Shown piece by piece: positions 30,672 through 40,172 of a stretch of 64,000 nt of DNA. Position 1 is the stretch's first letter, and every line of letters starts with the position of its first letter. The notes under the pieces were generated by a model. The model was given only the letters and a program-made list of their open reading frames with translations. It searched no databases and was not told where the DNA came from. Origin of the DNA: an uncultured Thermoanaerobaculia bacterium (GTDB lineage Bacteria > Acidobacteriota > Thermoanaerobaculia > Multivoradales > CAZRFU01); contig CAZRFU010000001.1 in assembly GCA_964599475.1 (NCBI GenBank), forward strand, positions 33,828-97,827. The letters run 5' to 3'. Both the position numbers and the translations under genes were made by a program.

Positions 30672-31955
30672 TCAGCCGCCGAGCTCTTCGGGCAGACGCC
30701 CGCGCCCCAGACGCTCGTGGGCGCGAGCGAGGTCCTGGCTGGTGAAGGCCGCCATCAACGACAGCTCCGAGGCCAACACGACGGCACCGAGGATCTCGGC
30801 GAGCCGGCGCACAGCCGCACCGGGCCGCTCCGGATCCGGCACCACTCCGAGCATCGACAGAGCTTCTCGTTGGGTGTCGAGCCCGGTACCGCCGCCGACC
30901 GCGCCGAGCGGCACATCCGGCAGGAAGATCGAGAAGTGTGCAGCGTGGTCGGGCCGCTCTTCGATGCAGGTCACCCCTTGCGAGGCGCCGACGACGTGAG
31001 CGAGGTCTTGACCCGTCGCGATGAAGAAGGCAGCGACCGAGTTGGCGAAATGGGCGTTGAAGCCCTTGGCGCCTGCTGCGATCGAGCCCAGGAGGTTCTT
31101 GCGGTACTGCACCTCGACCAAGCCCACGGCCGAGGTCTTGAGTACGTCGTGCAGCACCTTCTCGGGCAGCAGCACCTCGGCGTGGATGCGCTTGCCGCGA
31201 CCCTCCTGGAAGTTGATCGAGGCCGGCTTCTTGTCGATGCAGAAGTTCCCGGACAAGGCGACGCAGTGGACGCCGGTCTCCTTCTCGATGTACTCCTGCA
31301 CGATGCGATCGCACGCGATCGTCGCCATGTTCATGCCCATGGCGTCGCCGGTGGCGAAGCGGAACCTCAGGTAGACCGAGGTCGAAAAGGCAAATGGCTT
31401 GATATCGAGCAGCCGCAGATGCCGGCTGGTTGCCGCCGCCAGCTCGCGCATGTGGTCGGTGTGAGCCTCGACCCACGCAAGGAAACGCCGCGTTTCGTCG
31501 ATGCCGCCGGTGTGGAAGACCGGGGCGCGGGTCATGCCGACGTCTTCGACCGAAACCCGCACCCCGCCGGCGGCGCGGATCGCAGAACAGCCGCGGTTGG
31601 TGCTGGCGACGAGCGCACCCTCGGTCGTGGCCAGGGGGACGTAGACCTCTTCGTTGGTGATGTCGCCGCGGACAGCGAGGGGTCCGACGATCCCCATCGG
31701 GACCTGGGCCACGCCGAAGAGGTTTTCGCAGTTGCGGCGCGACGCGCGTTCGGTGTCGAAGCTGTGGTGCCCGAGGTTCGGCAACTCGACGTGGCACATC
31801 GCCTCGATCGCGCGTCGGCGGATGTCTGCAGCCAGGGCGGCGGGAAGCTCGCGCGGGAGCTGGTGGAAGCGCAGGTCTCCGGAGACCAGGGCGGTCACCA
31901 GCTCGTCGGCGAGCGGGGCGGATTCGGCGGGAAGGGACGAGGTGCGCGCCGTCAT
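30672..31955 (-). CDS. HMG-CoA reductase (class I type)
   Basis: The start is ATG at 31955 (MTARTSS...). The signatures are ENLFGVAQVPMG, DAMGMNM and GTGLD...GVV. The longer ORF in the track is a GC artefact upstream of this start. Confidence 0.9.
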   Translation of the reverse strand: MTARTSSLPAESAPLADELVTALVSGDLRFHQLPRELPAALAADIRRRAIEAMCHVELPNLGHHSFDTERASRRNCENLFGVAQVPMGIVGPLAVRGDITNEEVYVPLATTEGALVASTNRGCSAIRAAGGVRVSVEDVGMTRAPVFHTGGIDETRRFLAWVEAHTDHMRELAAATSRHLRLLDIKPFAFSTSVYLRFRFATGDAMGMNMATIACDRIVQEYIEKETGVHCVALSGNFCIDKKPASINFQEGRGKRIHAEVLLPEKVLHDVLKTSAVGLVEVQYRKNLLGSIAAGAKGFNAHFANSVAAFFIATGQDLAHVVGASQGVTCIEERPDHAAHFSIFLPDVPLGAVGGGTGLDTQREALSMLGVVPDPERPGAAVRRLAEILGAVVLASELSLMAAFTSQDLARAHERLGRGRLPEELGG

Positions 31956-33007
31956 GGCGCCTCCTTTCGGATCGGAGCAGCGGCGCGCAGAGCCGTCGCG
32001 TTGGCGGCGCCCACACAGAACATGGCGATTTCGAGCTCGAGGCGCAGACGATCGATGCGCTCGGCGACGCGGTCGGGCGACTCCATCGCGGCCTCGAGGA
32101 AGGGTTGGGCGACGCCCACGAGATGGGCACCCAAGGCGATGGCCTTGGCGGCGTCGAGTCCCGAGCGAATCCCGCCGCTGCCGATCACCGTGAGCCCCTC
32201 GATGGCGGCCAGGGCGCGGATGGATTCGGGGGTGTCGATGCCGAGCTCCCCGAACATCTCCGCCAGCTCGGCGTCGTCGGCGCGGGCCGCTTCGATGCGG
32301 GCCCAACTCGTACCGCCGACGCCGGCGGTATCCAGGATCCGTACGCCGCGCGCGGCCAGGGCCCGGCCGACCTCGGCCGAAAGCCCGCTGCCGACCTCCT
32401 TGACGATCACCGGCACCGGCAGGGCCGCGGCGACGTCGCCGATCTTGTCGAGCAAGCCGGCAAAGTTGCACTGGCCCTCCGGCTGGAGCGCCTCCTGGAG
32501 CGGGTTCAGATGCAGCACGAGGGCGTCGGCCTCGACCATCTCGACTGCTGCGCGACAGTGGTCGATGCCGTAGCCGTAGTTGAGCTGGACCGCTCCGAGG
32601 TTGGCCAGGATTGGCACCGACGGGGCGGCGTCCCGCACCCGGAAGGTCGAGGCGAGCTCCGGCTGCTCCAGGGCCTTGCGCTGCGAGCCGACGCCGAGGG
32701 CGACGCCGCGGTCCTGTGCGGCGATCGCGAGCCGACGGTTGACGTCGGCTGCGATCTCGGTGCCGCCGGTCATGCAGGAGATCAGCAGCGGCAGCTCGAG
32801 GCGATAGCCGAGGAATTCCGTACCGAGGTCGATCTGCGCGCGGTCGATCTCCGGCAGGGCCGAGTATTCGAGCCGCCAAAGATCGAACGCGCGGCGTCGA
32901 CCCTGCATCGCAGGCTCGAGGGCGAGCCGAATGTGGTCGGCCTTGCGGTCGATCGGCTCGGCCGATGCCGCCAACGGGTGCGGACGCTTCATCCTCGGAA
33001 TCGACAT
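31952..33007 (-). CDS. fni: Type 2 (FMN-dependent) isopentenyl-diphosphate isomerase
   Basis: The start is ATG at 33007 (MSIPRMKRPH...). It has the FMN-binding TIM-barrel motifs VIVKEVGSG and GSGGIRSG. It overlaps the HMGR start by 4 nt. Confidence 0.85.
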   Translation of the reverse strand: MSIPRMKRPHPLAASAEPIDRKADHIRLALEPAMQGRRRAFDLWRLEYSALPEIDRAQIDLGTEFLGYRLELPLLISCMTGGTEIAADVNRRLAIAAQDRGVALGVGSQRKALEQPELASTFRVRDAAPSVPILANLGAVQLNYGYGIDHCRAAVEMVEADALVLHLNPLQEALQPEGQCNFAGLLDKIGDVAAALPVPVIVKEVGSGLSAEVGRALAARGVRILDTAGVGGTSWARIEAARADDAELAEMFGELGIDTPESIRALAAIEGLTVIGSGGIRSGLDAAKAIALGAHLVGVAQPFLEAAMESPDRVAERIDRLRLELEIAMFCVGAANATALRAAAPIRKEAP

Positions 33008-33087
33008 GATCGGGGACGCTCGGGAGAGCGTCGGCGGATCATAGCAGTAGCCTTGCAGCCTTCCGCCGACCGGGCACGCGGTGCTCG

Positions 33088-33114
33088 AGTACCCGGTACC
33101 CGGTACCCAGTACC
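33088..33114. repeat. (GTACCCG)3-type tandem array
   Basis: The sequence is gagtacccggtacccggtacccagtacc, upstream of fni. Confidence 0.5.
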
Positions 33115-33183
33115 TTGGTGGTGGTGCAGGGCCGGTGCTTTCCGGTCCAATCTGGGTGGGCCACGGAGAGGCCTGTGATCGAA

Positions 33184-34899
33184 TCAGCGGCCGTATTCGA
33201 GGGCCTGCAGCTCGAAGGTCGCTGGGGTGGGAGTCTGCGGTCGGCAGCGCACCGAGAGCTCGTAGAGGAAGATTTGATCGTCGCCCCACCACATCCGATG
33301 ATGGGCCCGCAGGTGCGGCTCGAGGTCCACCGTGCGGATGCCTGCGCCCTGCTCGGTCCGCAGCTGGGTGACTCCGCCGAGATCGAGGGTGGTGCTCGGA
33401 TCGCCACCCGTCAGACGCAGGCGCAGCACCGACACCGGCTGGGCCGAGCCGATCAGGAGGTGGCCGCGGACCAGCGCTGGGCAGGTCAGCGATCCCTCGA
33501 GGGGAAGGACGCCGCGGTCGAGGAATTTGATCCACAGGTTGTGGTGCACGATGTCCTCGATGCCGGCGGGCTTGAGGTGGCTCTGCGTGGTCTCGTAGGG
33601 GAGCAGGGCCCTGGCCGCCGGTGTGACCCAGCGGTAGCTGCCGTCCGGCCCGTAGGGTGCTGCGCGTGGGGCGACCCAGAGCGGCCAGATGAAAGGCGCC
33701 GCCACCAATGCGACCGCCGCCGCTGGCCAGGGACGCGTGACCCGCGTCGGGACGAACCACAGCGCCGGAAGCAGGGGCATCAAGTAGCGATTGGCGAGCG
33801 ACCCGCCGCCCCCCCAGAAGTTGATTGGGCGGTTGAGGGCGAAGAACAGCATCGCCAGAGCGAACGCTGCGACCAGGCTCCAGGCCAAGGCGCCGCGAGG
33901 TCGGCCGACCAGGAGCAGAAGGACGGCGGCAAAGTAGGGGAGCAAACCGACGTGGCGGCCGACGAGGGTGTAGAGGAGATTCCAGCCGAGGCGGTCGGCG
34001 CCCCAACGGGCGACCTCGACGGCGCCGGCGGGGCCTTCCCACGCGGCGTCGTCACGGGTGTCGTCGAAGCGCGCCCGTGCTGCAGGTCCACCCGCGCCCA
34101 CGTCCGGCCACCCGGTGTGAGCGTAGAAGCTGCGTCGTTCGCCGCCGTAGGCCGAGTAACTTCCCGTGCGGGAGCTCTGCGACCACAGCAGCCCTCCCGA
34201 CACCAGCACGGCGCCCAACACGAACGCACCTGCCGCGGCCCGCCGCCGGCGCGGCGGCAGGGCAACGATCACGGGAAGCAGCAGCACTGCGTAGGGAGGG
34301 CGGCTCCAGATCACCGCCGCCAGCAGGGCACCGGCAAAACACCACGGGATCCAGGCGAAGGAGCTCGGCCGGGAGAAGCGGTTGCGCTCTCGTTCCTGCA
34401 GTTCAGCAGCCATGATCGCGGCCAGCGCCAGAGCAACCAGGGCCATCGAGAGGAGGTCCGAGTGGGCCCAGAAAACCCACGCGAAGGTGACCGTTGCGAA
34501 GACGTGGGCGGCAATCCAGGTCGCGGCCCAAGGGCCGGTGCGGGTCGTCAGGGCGAACGCGGCGCACAGCGCCGCCAGGCTCAGGGCGAAGGCGTTGGCG
34601 ATGAAGGGCCCCTGTCGCCCGAACAGGGCCACGAACGGGGCGGCATAGAGGGGCCAGAGCACCGGCTTGCCGTAGAACAGATCGCCGTTGGGGCCGCGCT
34701 GCAGGATCAGGCCCTCGGGCTCCACTTTCCAGCGCTGGCGGAAGCGCTCGAAGTCGTCGGCGGTGTAGCGGTAGTCGCCGTCGAAAGCGAGGCTTTCGGC
34801 GGCCATCAGGTAGGTCGCTTCGTCACCGACCAGAGTCGGCCAGGTTCCGCGGTCGATCGTGGCCGCACCCACGAGGAGGGCAACGGACAGCGCTACCAA
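33184..34899 (-). CDS. GT-C-fold membrane glycosyltransferase-like protein (PMT/ArnT-like first-loop DE motif)
   Basis: It has about 12 TM helices. The N-terminal loop DEATYLMAAESLAFDGDYRY resembles the GT39/GT83 catalytic loop. The true start may be further upstream. Confidence 0.5.
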   Translation of the reverse strand: MVALSVALLVGAATIDRGTWPTLVGDEATYLMAAESLAFDGDYRYTADDFERFRQRWKVEPEGLILQRGPNGDLFYGKPVLWPLYAAPFVALFGRQGPFIANAFALSLAALCAAFALTTRTGPWAATWIAAHVFATVTFAWVFWAHSDLLSMALVALALAAIMAAELQERERNRFSRPSSFAWIPWCFAGALLAAVIWSRPPYAVLLLPVIVALPPRRRRAAAGAFVLGAVLVSGGLLWSQSSRTGSYSAYGGERRSFYAHTGWPDVGAGGPAARARFDDTRDDAAWEGPAGAVEVARWGADRLGWNLLYTLVGRHVGLLPYFAAVLLLLVGRPRGALAWSLVAAFALAMLFFALNRPINFWGGGGSLANRYLMPLLPALWFVPTRVTRPWPAAAVALVAAPFIWPLWVAPRAAPYGPDGSYRWVTPAARALLPYETTQSHLKPAGIEDIVHHNLWIKFLDRGVLPLEGSLTCPALVRGHLLIGSAQPVSVLRLRLTGGDPSTTLDLGGVTQLRTEQGAGIRTVDLEPHLRAHHRMWWGDDQIFLYELSVRCRPQTPTPATFELQALEYGR

Positions 34900-34999
34900 C
34901 AGCAGCAGTGGCCAGCGTCGCCTGGGGAAAACCGAGAGGTCGGGACGTGACGAAGGAATCGGGTGGCTCCAGGAGGCAGAGAAATGTGCCGATATGAGC

Positions 35000-35815
35000 T
35001 TAGCGCTTGTTCTCGCGGCCGGTCCACGTCACCATGCTGGTCGAGGCGCCGAAGAGATCCGAAACCCGATCCGAGATCGACCGCGGCAGCAGGGCCATGA
35101 TCGCCGGGGTGACCTTCACCATCCATGGTTCGAGCACCGCCACCTGTCGCCGACGCACTGCCTTGACCACCAGTTTGGCCATGCGCTCCGGGGTCAGCAG
35201 GGGCGTGAGCAGCGGTGGTCTGACCCCTTCGAACATGCCCGTGGCGACGTAGCTCGGGCAAACCGTGGTCACACCGACATGGCGATGGCCGAGACGCAGC
35301 ATCTCCATTCGGATCGACTCGGAGAAGCCGATGACGGCCCACTTGCTCGCGGCGTAGGTGGAGCCGAACGGCAGGCCGAGGAAACCCGAGGCGCTCGCCA
35401 TGTTGACCAGGTGGCCTTCGGGAGCGTCGATCAAATCACCGAGGAAAGCGTGCGTTACCGCCACCACGCCGTCGACGTTGACGCGGAAGGTGGCCTGGTG
35501 CCGCTCGATCGGCACCTCGAGGAAGGGCCCTCCGAACACCACGCCCGCGTTGTTGATCAGGACGTCGACCCGTCCGTGCTCGCTGCGGATGCGGGCGCGG
35601 GCGGCTGCAATCGACTCGAGATCGGTGACGTCGAGGGTGACGCAGCCGGCGCGCGGGCCGAGCTCGCCGGCAGCGGTGGTCGCTGCCGCGCCGTCGAGGT
35701 CGGCGATCACCACCGCCGCGCCGGCGGCGCTGAATTGGCGCGCCATTTCGAGGCCCATGCCTCGGGCCCCGCCGGTGATCAACACGGTCTTGCGGTCGAG
35801 GGTCTTCATCGCCAC
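35000..35815 (-). CDS. Short-chain dehydrogenase/reductase (SDR)
   Basis: The motif TGGARGMG matches TGxxxGxG, and NNAG and the YxxxK catalytic tetrad are present. Confidence 0.85.
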   Translation of the reverse strand: MAMKTLDRKTVLITGGARGMGLEMARQFSAAGAAVVIADLDGAAATTAAGELGPRAGCVTLDVTDLESIAAARARIRSEHGRVDVLINNAGVVFGGPFLEVPIERHQATFRVNVDGVVAVTHAFLGDLIDAPEGHLVNMASASGFLGLPFGSTYAASKWAVIGFSESIRMEMLRLGHRHVGVTTVCPSYVATGMFEGVRPPLLTPLLTPERMAKLVVKAVRRRQVAVLEPWMVKVTPAIMALLPRSISDRVSDLFGASTSMVTWTGRENKR

Positions 35816-35866
35816 CGATCTCCGGAAAGGAGGTCCGGCAGGATCTCCGGCCGGACCTCCGAGTGA

Positions 35867-36469
35867 TCAGGCTGCGGCGTAACGCTGAGCGACAGCCTGC
35901 CAGTCGATGACGTTCCAGATCGCGGTGAGATAGTCGGGCCGCCGATTCTGGTAGTTCAAATAGTAGGCGTGCTCCCAGACGTCGATGCCGAGGATCGGGG
36001 TCTTGCCCTGCATCAGCGGGCTGTCCTGGTTCGGCGTGGCAAGGACCTCGAGGCGCCCGTCGGCTACCACGAGCCAGCCCCAGCCCGACCCGAACTGTCC
36101 GGCAGCGGCGGCGTTGAGCTTCTCGCGCAGCGCTCCGAAGGAGCCGAAGTCGCGGGCGATCGCCTCTGCGAGGCTGCCGCCGGGCTCCCCGCCGCCACCG
36201 GGCCCGAGGATCTCCCAGAACAGGGTGTGGTTGGCGTGTCCGCCGCCGTGATTGCGCACCGCGGTCTTGATCGCGTCCGGCACCGCGTCGAAGTTGCGCA
36301 GGAGGTCCTCGACGGGCTTGCTCTGGAGATCCGGATGGGCTTCGAGCGCCTTGTTGAGATTGGTGACGTAGGCCGCGTGGTGTTTGCCGTGATGGATTTC
36401 CATCGTCCGCGCGTCGATGTGCGGCTCGAGGGCGTCGAAGGCGTAGCCAAGGGGTTTGACCTGGTGCAT
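35867..36469 (-). CDS. Fe/Mn superoxide dismutase
   Basis: The sequence [10 protein letters not shown]...DVWEHAYY carries the canonical SodA/SodB metal ligands. Confidence 0.9.
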   Translation of the reverse strand: MHQVKPLGYAFDALEPHIDARTMEIHHGKHHAAYVTNLNKALEAHPDLQSKPVEDLLRNFDAVPDAIKTAVRNHGGGHANHTLFWEILGPGGGGEPGGSLAEAIARDFGSFGALREKLNAAAAGQFGSGWGWLVVADGRLEVLATPNQDSPLMQGKTPILGIDVWEHAYYLNYQNRRPDYLTAIWNVIDWQAVAQRYAAA

Positions 36470-36581
36470 CGGGGTCTCCTCCGTGTCGTGAATCTTCAGT
36501 CGGGCCGCATCAGACGTGCCCGCACCCTCATCCTATCGCGTCACGACGAGCGGCGACCGACCTGCTCGGCGAGACTGCCCA

Positions 36582-36610
36582 TTGACACGCTTTCGCCGCG
36601 AGCGTAGAAT
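36582..36610 (+). promoter_or_regulatory. Sigma-70-type promoter for the tRNA-Val/tRNA-Asp/rpmG unit
   Basis: The TTGACA box, a 17-nt spacer and TAGAAT end 18 nt before the mature 5' end of tRNA-Val. Confidence 0.5.
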
Positions 36611-36627
36611 GCGCGTCGCTCTGCCGG

Positions 36628-36700
36628 GGGAGGTTAGCTCAGCGGTTAGAGCACCTGCCTTACACGCAGGGAGTCGGGGGTTCGAATCCCTCACCTCCCA
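36628..36700 (+). tRNA. tRNA-Val (anticodon TAC)
   Basis: A cloverleaf was folded by hand. The acceptor is GGGAGGT/ACCTCCC, the anticodon loop is CTTACAC and the T-loop is GGTTCGAAT. CCA is not encoded. Confidence 0.85.
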
Positions 36701-36724
36701 GAGGGTTGCGGGGTTCTTTGGAAC

Positions 36725-36801
36725 GGAGCGGTAGTTCAGTCGGTTAGAATGCCGGCCTGTCACGCCGGAGGTCGCGGGTTCGAGCCCCGTCCGCTCCGCC
36801 A
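36725..36801 (+). tRNA. tRNA-Asp (anticodon GTC)
   Basis: The acceptor is GGAGCGG/CCGCTCC, the anticodon loop is CTGTCAC and the T-loop is GGTTCGAGC. The 3' CCA is encoded. Confidence 0.85.
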
Positions 36802-36854
36802 ATTCCACCCTTCGCATCTGCTCCCGATCTCAGCTTCGACATCCGAGGTTCATC

Positions 36855-37010
36855 ATGCGCGACAAGATCAAGCTCGTCTCGTCGGCCGGTACCGGCTACT
36901 TCTACACGACGACCAAGAACAAGAAGACGAGCACCGAGAAGCTCAAGATGATGAAGTACGACCCGAAGGTGCGCAAGCACGTCGAGTTCGTCGAAGAAAA
37001 GCTTCGCTGA
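36855..37010 (+). CDS. rpmG: 50S ribosomal protein L33
   Basis: The 51-aa product is [51 protein letters not shown]. It is absent from the ORF track because it is under 60 aa. Confidence 0.85.
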   Translation: MRDKIKLVSSAGTGYFYTTTKNKKTSTEKLKMMKYDPKVRKHVEFVEEKLR

Positions 37011-37037
37011 GTCTCGCGTCGGCCCTCGACCTTGTGG

Positions 37038-37067
37038 TACGCTCGCGTCTGCGAGCGTTTTGTTTTT
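37038..37067 (+). terminator. Rho-independent terminator after rpmG
   Basis: A GC hairpin (acgctcgc gtct gcgagcgt) is followed by TTTTGTTTTTT. Confidence 0.65.
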
Positions 37068-37278
37068 TCAGGCGGGTGAATCGGACAAGATGGTCTGATC
37101 GCTGCGGGCTGTCTCCTCCACAGGAGTTCAGCTCATGTCGATCAGCTCTGTTCGCGCTCAGGATGTGTACGCGCAGGGGTCGCCCGACCCTTGTTCGCTC
37201 CCGTCCTGTTCGGTCGTTCCGCCGCCTACCCTCGCCGCGCCGAGCCACGCCTCCAGCCTCGATCTGGCAACCAAGCCG

Positions 37279-37905
37279 ATGGTGGACTGGGTCGCCTTGA
37301 CGTCGCGCATGCTCGCACGAGCCGCCAGGTCCCGCGGCCTCGCCATCGATCCCGACGACCTTGCCCAGGAGACCTGGCTGCGGCTCTATTCGCGGCGGGG
37401 TGGCGTGCCGAGCTTCGTCAACGAGGCTGCTGCCCGGGCCTATCTCGCGCAGATCGCGAGCAACATCCTCGCGAGCAAACACCGCGCGGCCCGCTGCGAC
37501 CGTCGAGCCGCGGCGCTCGTGACCTCCACCGAAGAGATCGAGGTCGTAGCGCCGGCGGACACCGAACGCGACGTGCTGACCCGCGAGCGGGTGCGAGTGC
37601 TCGCTCGCTCGTTGAGCCGGGCAACGACCGCGGCGGTGCGCGGCCGAAACGCCACCATGCTGCGAGCGCTGTGGCTCGAAGGACTGTCGGCCGTCGAAGT
37701 GGCGGAGCGCTTCGGAATGTCGAAAAGCACGGTCAACACGATCGTGTTCCGCGCGCGCAGGGTCTTGGCCACCGCCTCTGCCAGGCACGACGACCTGGAG
37801 CCCGGCAGGAAGAGTCCCTCCGGCCGCTTCGGGGCCCCAGCCCCTCGGCCCGCGCCGGCACATCTGCGAGAATGTCGGAACGATGATCGTGTTGTGGCAC
37901 CGTGA
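37279..37905 (+). CDS. ECF-type sigma-70 family factor
   Basis: Region 2 (DPDDLAQETWLRLY) and a region-4 helix-turn-helix (LSAVEVAERFGMSKSTVNTIVFRARRVL) are present. The start could instead be 37135. Confidence 0.7.
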   Translation: MVDWVALTSRMLARAARSRGLAIDPDDLAQETWLRLYSRRGGVPSFVNEAAARAYLAQIASNILASKHRAARCDRRAAALVTSTEEIEVVAPADTERDVLTRERVRVLARSLSRATTAAVRGRNATMLRALWLEGLSAVEVAERFGMSKSTVNTIVFRARRVLATASARHDDLEPGRKSPSGRFGAPAPRPAPAHLRECRNDDRVVAP

Positions 37906-38818
37906 GACCCTGTTGCACCAGTCGCCGCCGGGGTATCCCGAGGTGCCTCAACGCGTGGAGCGGATCGTGGCGGGTCTCGCCGACGCCGGCTTCCGCGTCG
38001 TGGAGTCGCCCCTCGACCCAGACCGCACGCGCCGGCTGGCCGAACAGGTGCACACGCCTCGCTACGTCGCTCGGCTCGAGGCCGCCGCGGCGCGAGGTGA
38101 CGGGATCTTCGACTCGGCCGACAATCCCCTCGGCCGCGGCACCTACCGGGCGGCGCTGGCCGCCGCCGGCCTCGTCGTGGCGGCGGTGGATGAGGTGGTC
38201 CGCGCGGAGGGGCCGCGGCTGGCTTTCGCCGCCGCGCGGCCGCCCGGACATCACTGCGAGCGCGACGTGGCGATGGGCTTCTGTTACCTGGCAAACGTCG
38301 CCATCGGTGTCGCGGCGGCCCGTGAGCTCGGGTTCCGACGGCCGGCAATCGTCGACTTCGACGTGCACCACGGCAATGGCAGCCAGCACCTTTTCGAGGA
38401 GGACCCGGAGGTGTTGGTCGTGTCGACGCATCAGTATCCGTTCTACCCTGGAACGGGTGCCGAGTCCGAGCGCGGACGTGGGTTGGGAGTTGGGGCGACG
38501 ATCAACGTTCCCTTGCCGGCCGGAACGTCGGGCGAGGCCTACCTCGCGGCCTTCGACCGGGTCGTCGTGCCTGCCGTCGTCGCCCATCGCCCCGACATCT
38601 GCTTCTGGTCGGCCGGTTTCGACGGCTGGAAGGGGGACCCCCTCGGCGGCTTCGAGTTGGAAGCAGAGACCTTCCGCCAGATCGGCCTTCGCCTGGGTGC
38701 AGCCGCGCGCCGCAGCTCGGCGCCGCAGGTCGCGGTCCTCGAAGGTGGATACGACCTCGAGGCGCTGCCGATGCTGGCCGAGGCCCTGTTGCGCGGCCTC
38801 GAATCCGGAAGTCGTTGA
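37883..38818 (+). CDS. Histone-deacetylase-family amidohydrolase (AcuC/HDAC-like)
   Basis: HDAC motifs are present: PPGHHCERDVAMGFCYLAN and DFDVHHGNG. It overlaps the sigma-factor 3' end by 23 nt. Confidence 0.8.
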   Translation: MIVLWHRETLLHQSPPGYPEVPQRVERIVAGLADAGFRVVESPLDPDRTRRLAEQVHTPRYVARLEAAAARGDGIFDSADNPLGRGTYRAALAAAGLVVAAVDEVVRAEGPRLAFAAARPPGHHCERDVAMGFCYLANVAIGVAAARELGFRRPAIVDFDVHHGNGSQHLFEEDPEVLVVSTHQYPFYPGTGAESERGRGLGVGATINVPLPAGTSGEAYLAAFDRVVVPAVVAHRPDICFWSAGFDGWKGDPLGGFELEAETFRQIGLRLGAAARRSSAPQVAVLEGGYDLEALPMLAEALLRGLESGSR

Positions 38819-38956
38819 CTTCGGTGTGGATGTATCGCTACACTTCACTGAAAAGTTCATGTACCACTCGAACTAGGATGCTCGACGAGACGATGTGACG
38901 AGGTTCGGAAACGCGACGGAGGCCACGGGGCGATGGCGGTTCCGAGGGAGGTTCAG

Positions 38957-40162
38957 ATGAAAGCGAAGGGATTGTGGCTCGCGGCGCTTGCTTGTCTGCT
39001 CGTGGCGCCGGTGCGGGCGGCGCAGCCGTTCGGGGCCTTCGACGGCCTTGCGGAAGGCGGCAACTCCACCAGTGGGGTGGCTGCTTTGGTGGGATGGTCC
39101 TTGCACGATGTGGGCGTCGAGTACGTCGACATCTATGTCGACGACCGCATCGTCGGCCGCGCGAACCTCGGCCGATCGAGCCCGAACGTCGCGCTGATCT
39201 ACCCGACCTACCCGGATTCGTCGTTGGCGCGCTGGGGCTTCGAGCTCGATACGTCGCAATTCTTCAACGGGGAGTACACGCTGCACGCCTTCGTGCGGGC
39301 GGTGACCGGCGAGGGTAGCTGGCTGACCGGGCCGACGGTCGAGTTCCTCAATACCTCGGCGGACCTGCGCCCCTTCGGTGACCTTCGCAACCCACTGCCG
39401 AATCAGGAGCTCTACGGCGTCTGTGACCCGTCGGATCCGATTCGCCGCCACACGGTCGTCGACGGCTTTGCGGTCGATGCCGGGATGAGCGAGGTCGACA
39501 CCGGAGTGAAGTGGGTGCAATTGCTGCTCAACGGCACGGTGCTCTACGACACCAAGCGCGACTGCGAGTACATCCCGGTGCTCGGCGGTCTGACGAACTG
39601 CTATGGCCTTCCCGATCAGGCGAGCGAACGCCGGTACCCCGGTTTGCCCGACGCTCCCCACTCGGGTTTCCGTTTCGTTCTCGACGTCGGCCATCTGATC
39701 GATGCCGGTTACGTCCAGGGCCACCACCGGCTCGAGGTGCGAGCCGGCGACAACGACGACCAGGTGCGGCTGTTCGGGACCCGGACGGTGTCGCTCCTGT
39801 GCGACGACTTCATCGGCAACGAGGGTGCCTTCGGGTACGTCAACCGCGTGCAACCCGCCGCCCTGTCCTCCAACCTGATCCTGCTGCGCGGGTGGGCGGT
39901 CGACTGGGAGGGCATCGCGGTGATCGACATCCGCGTCGACGGTCATTTGGTGGGGTCGGTATTCCCCTCCGAGGTGCGTCCCCTGGTCAGCCTGCGGTAT
40001 CCAGGGTACCCGAACGCGGCGTTCCCCGGCTGGTCCTTTGCGATCGATACCACCAACTTCTCCAACGGCTCTCACAATGCTCAGGCCGTGGTGATCGATC
40101 TCGAGGGACATCAGACGATCATCGGCGAGCGCGAGTTCGTGATCCAGAACCCGGCTCCCTGA
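38957..40162 (+). CDS. Secreted protein with three internal repeats of about 130 aa; function unknown
   Basis: It has a signal peptide (MKAKGLWLAALACLLVAPVRA). Three repeat units begin at VGWSLHDVGVEYVDIYVDDRIVG, VDGFAVDAGMSEVDTGVKWVQLLLNGTVLY and LRGWAVDWEGIAVIDIRVDGHLVG. Confidence 0.45.
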   Translation: MKAKGLWLAALACLLVAPVRAAQPFGAFDGLAEGGNSTSGVAALVGWSLHDVGVEYVDIYVDDRIVGRANLGRSSPNVALIYPTYPDSSLARWGFELDTSQFFNGEYTLHAFVRAVTGEGSWLTGPTVEFLNTSADLRPFGDLRNPLPNQELYGVCDPSDPIRRHTVVDGFAVDAGMSEVDTGVKWVQLLLNGTVLYDTKRDCEYIPVLGGLTNCYGLPDQASERRYPGLPDAPHSGFRFVLDVGHLIDAGYVQGHHRLEVRAGDNDDQVRLFGTRTVSLLCDDFIGNEGAFGYVNRVQPAALSSNLILLRGWAVDWEGIAVIDIRVDGHLVGSVFPSEVRPLVSLRYPGYPNAAFPGWSFAIDTTNFSNGSHNAQAVVIDLEGHQTIIGEREFVIQNPAP

Positions 40163-40172
40163 CGCGTCCGGG

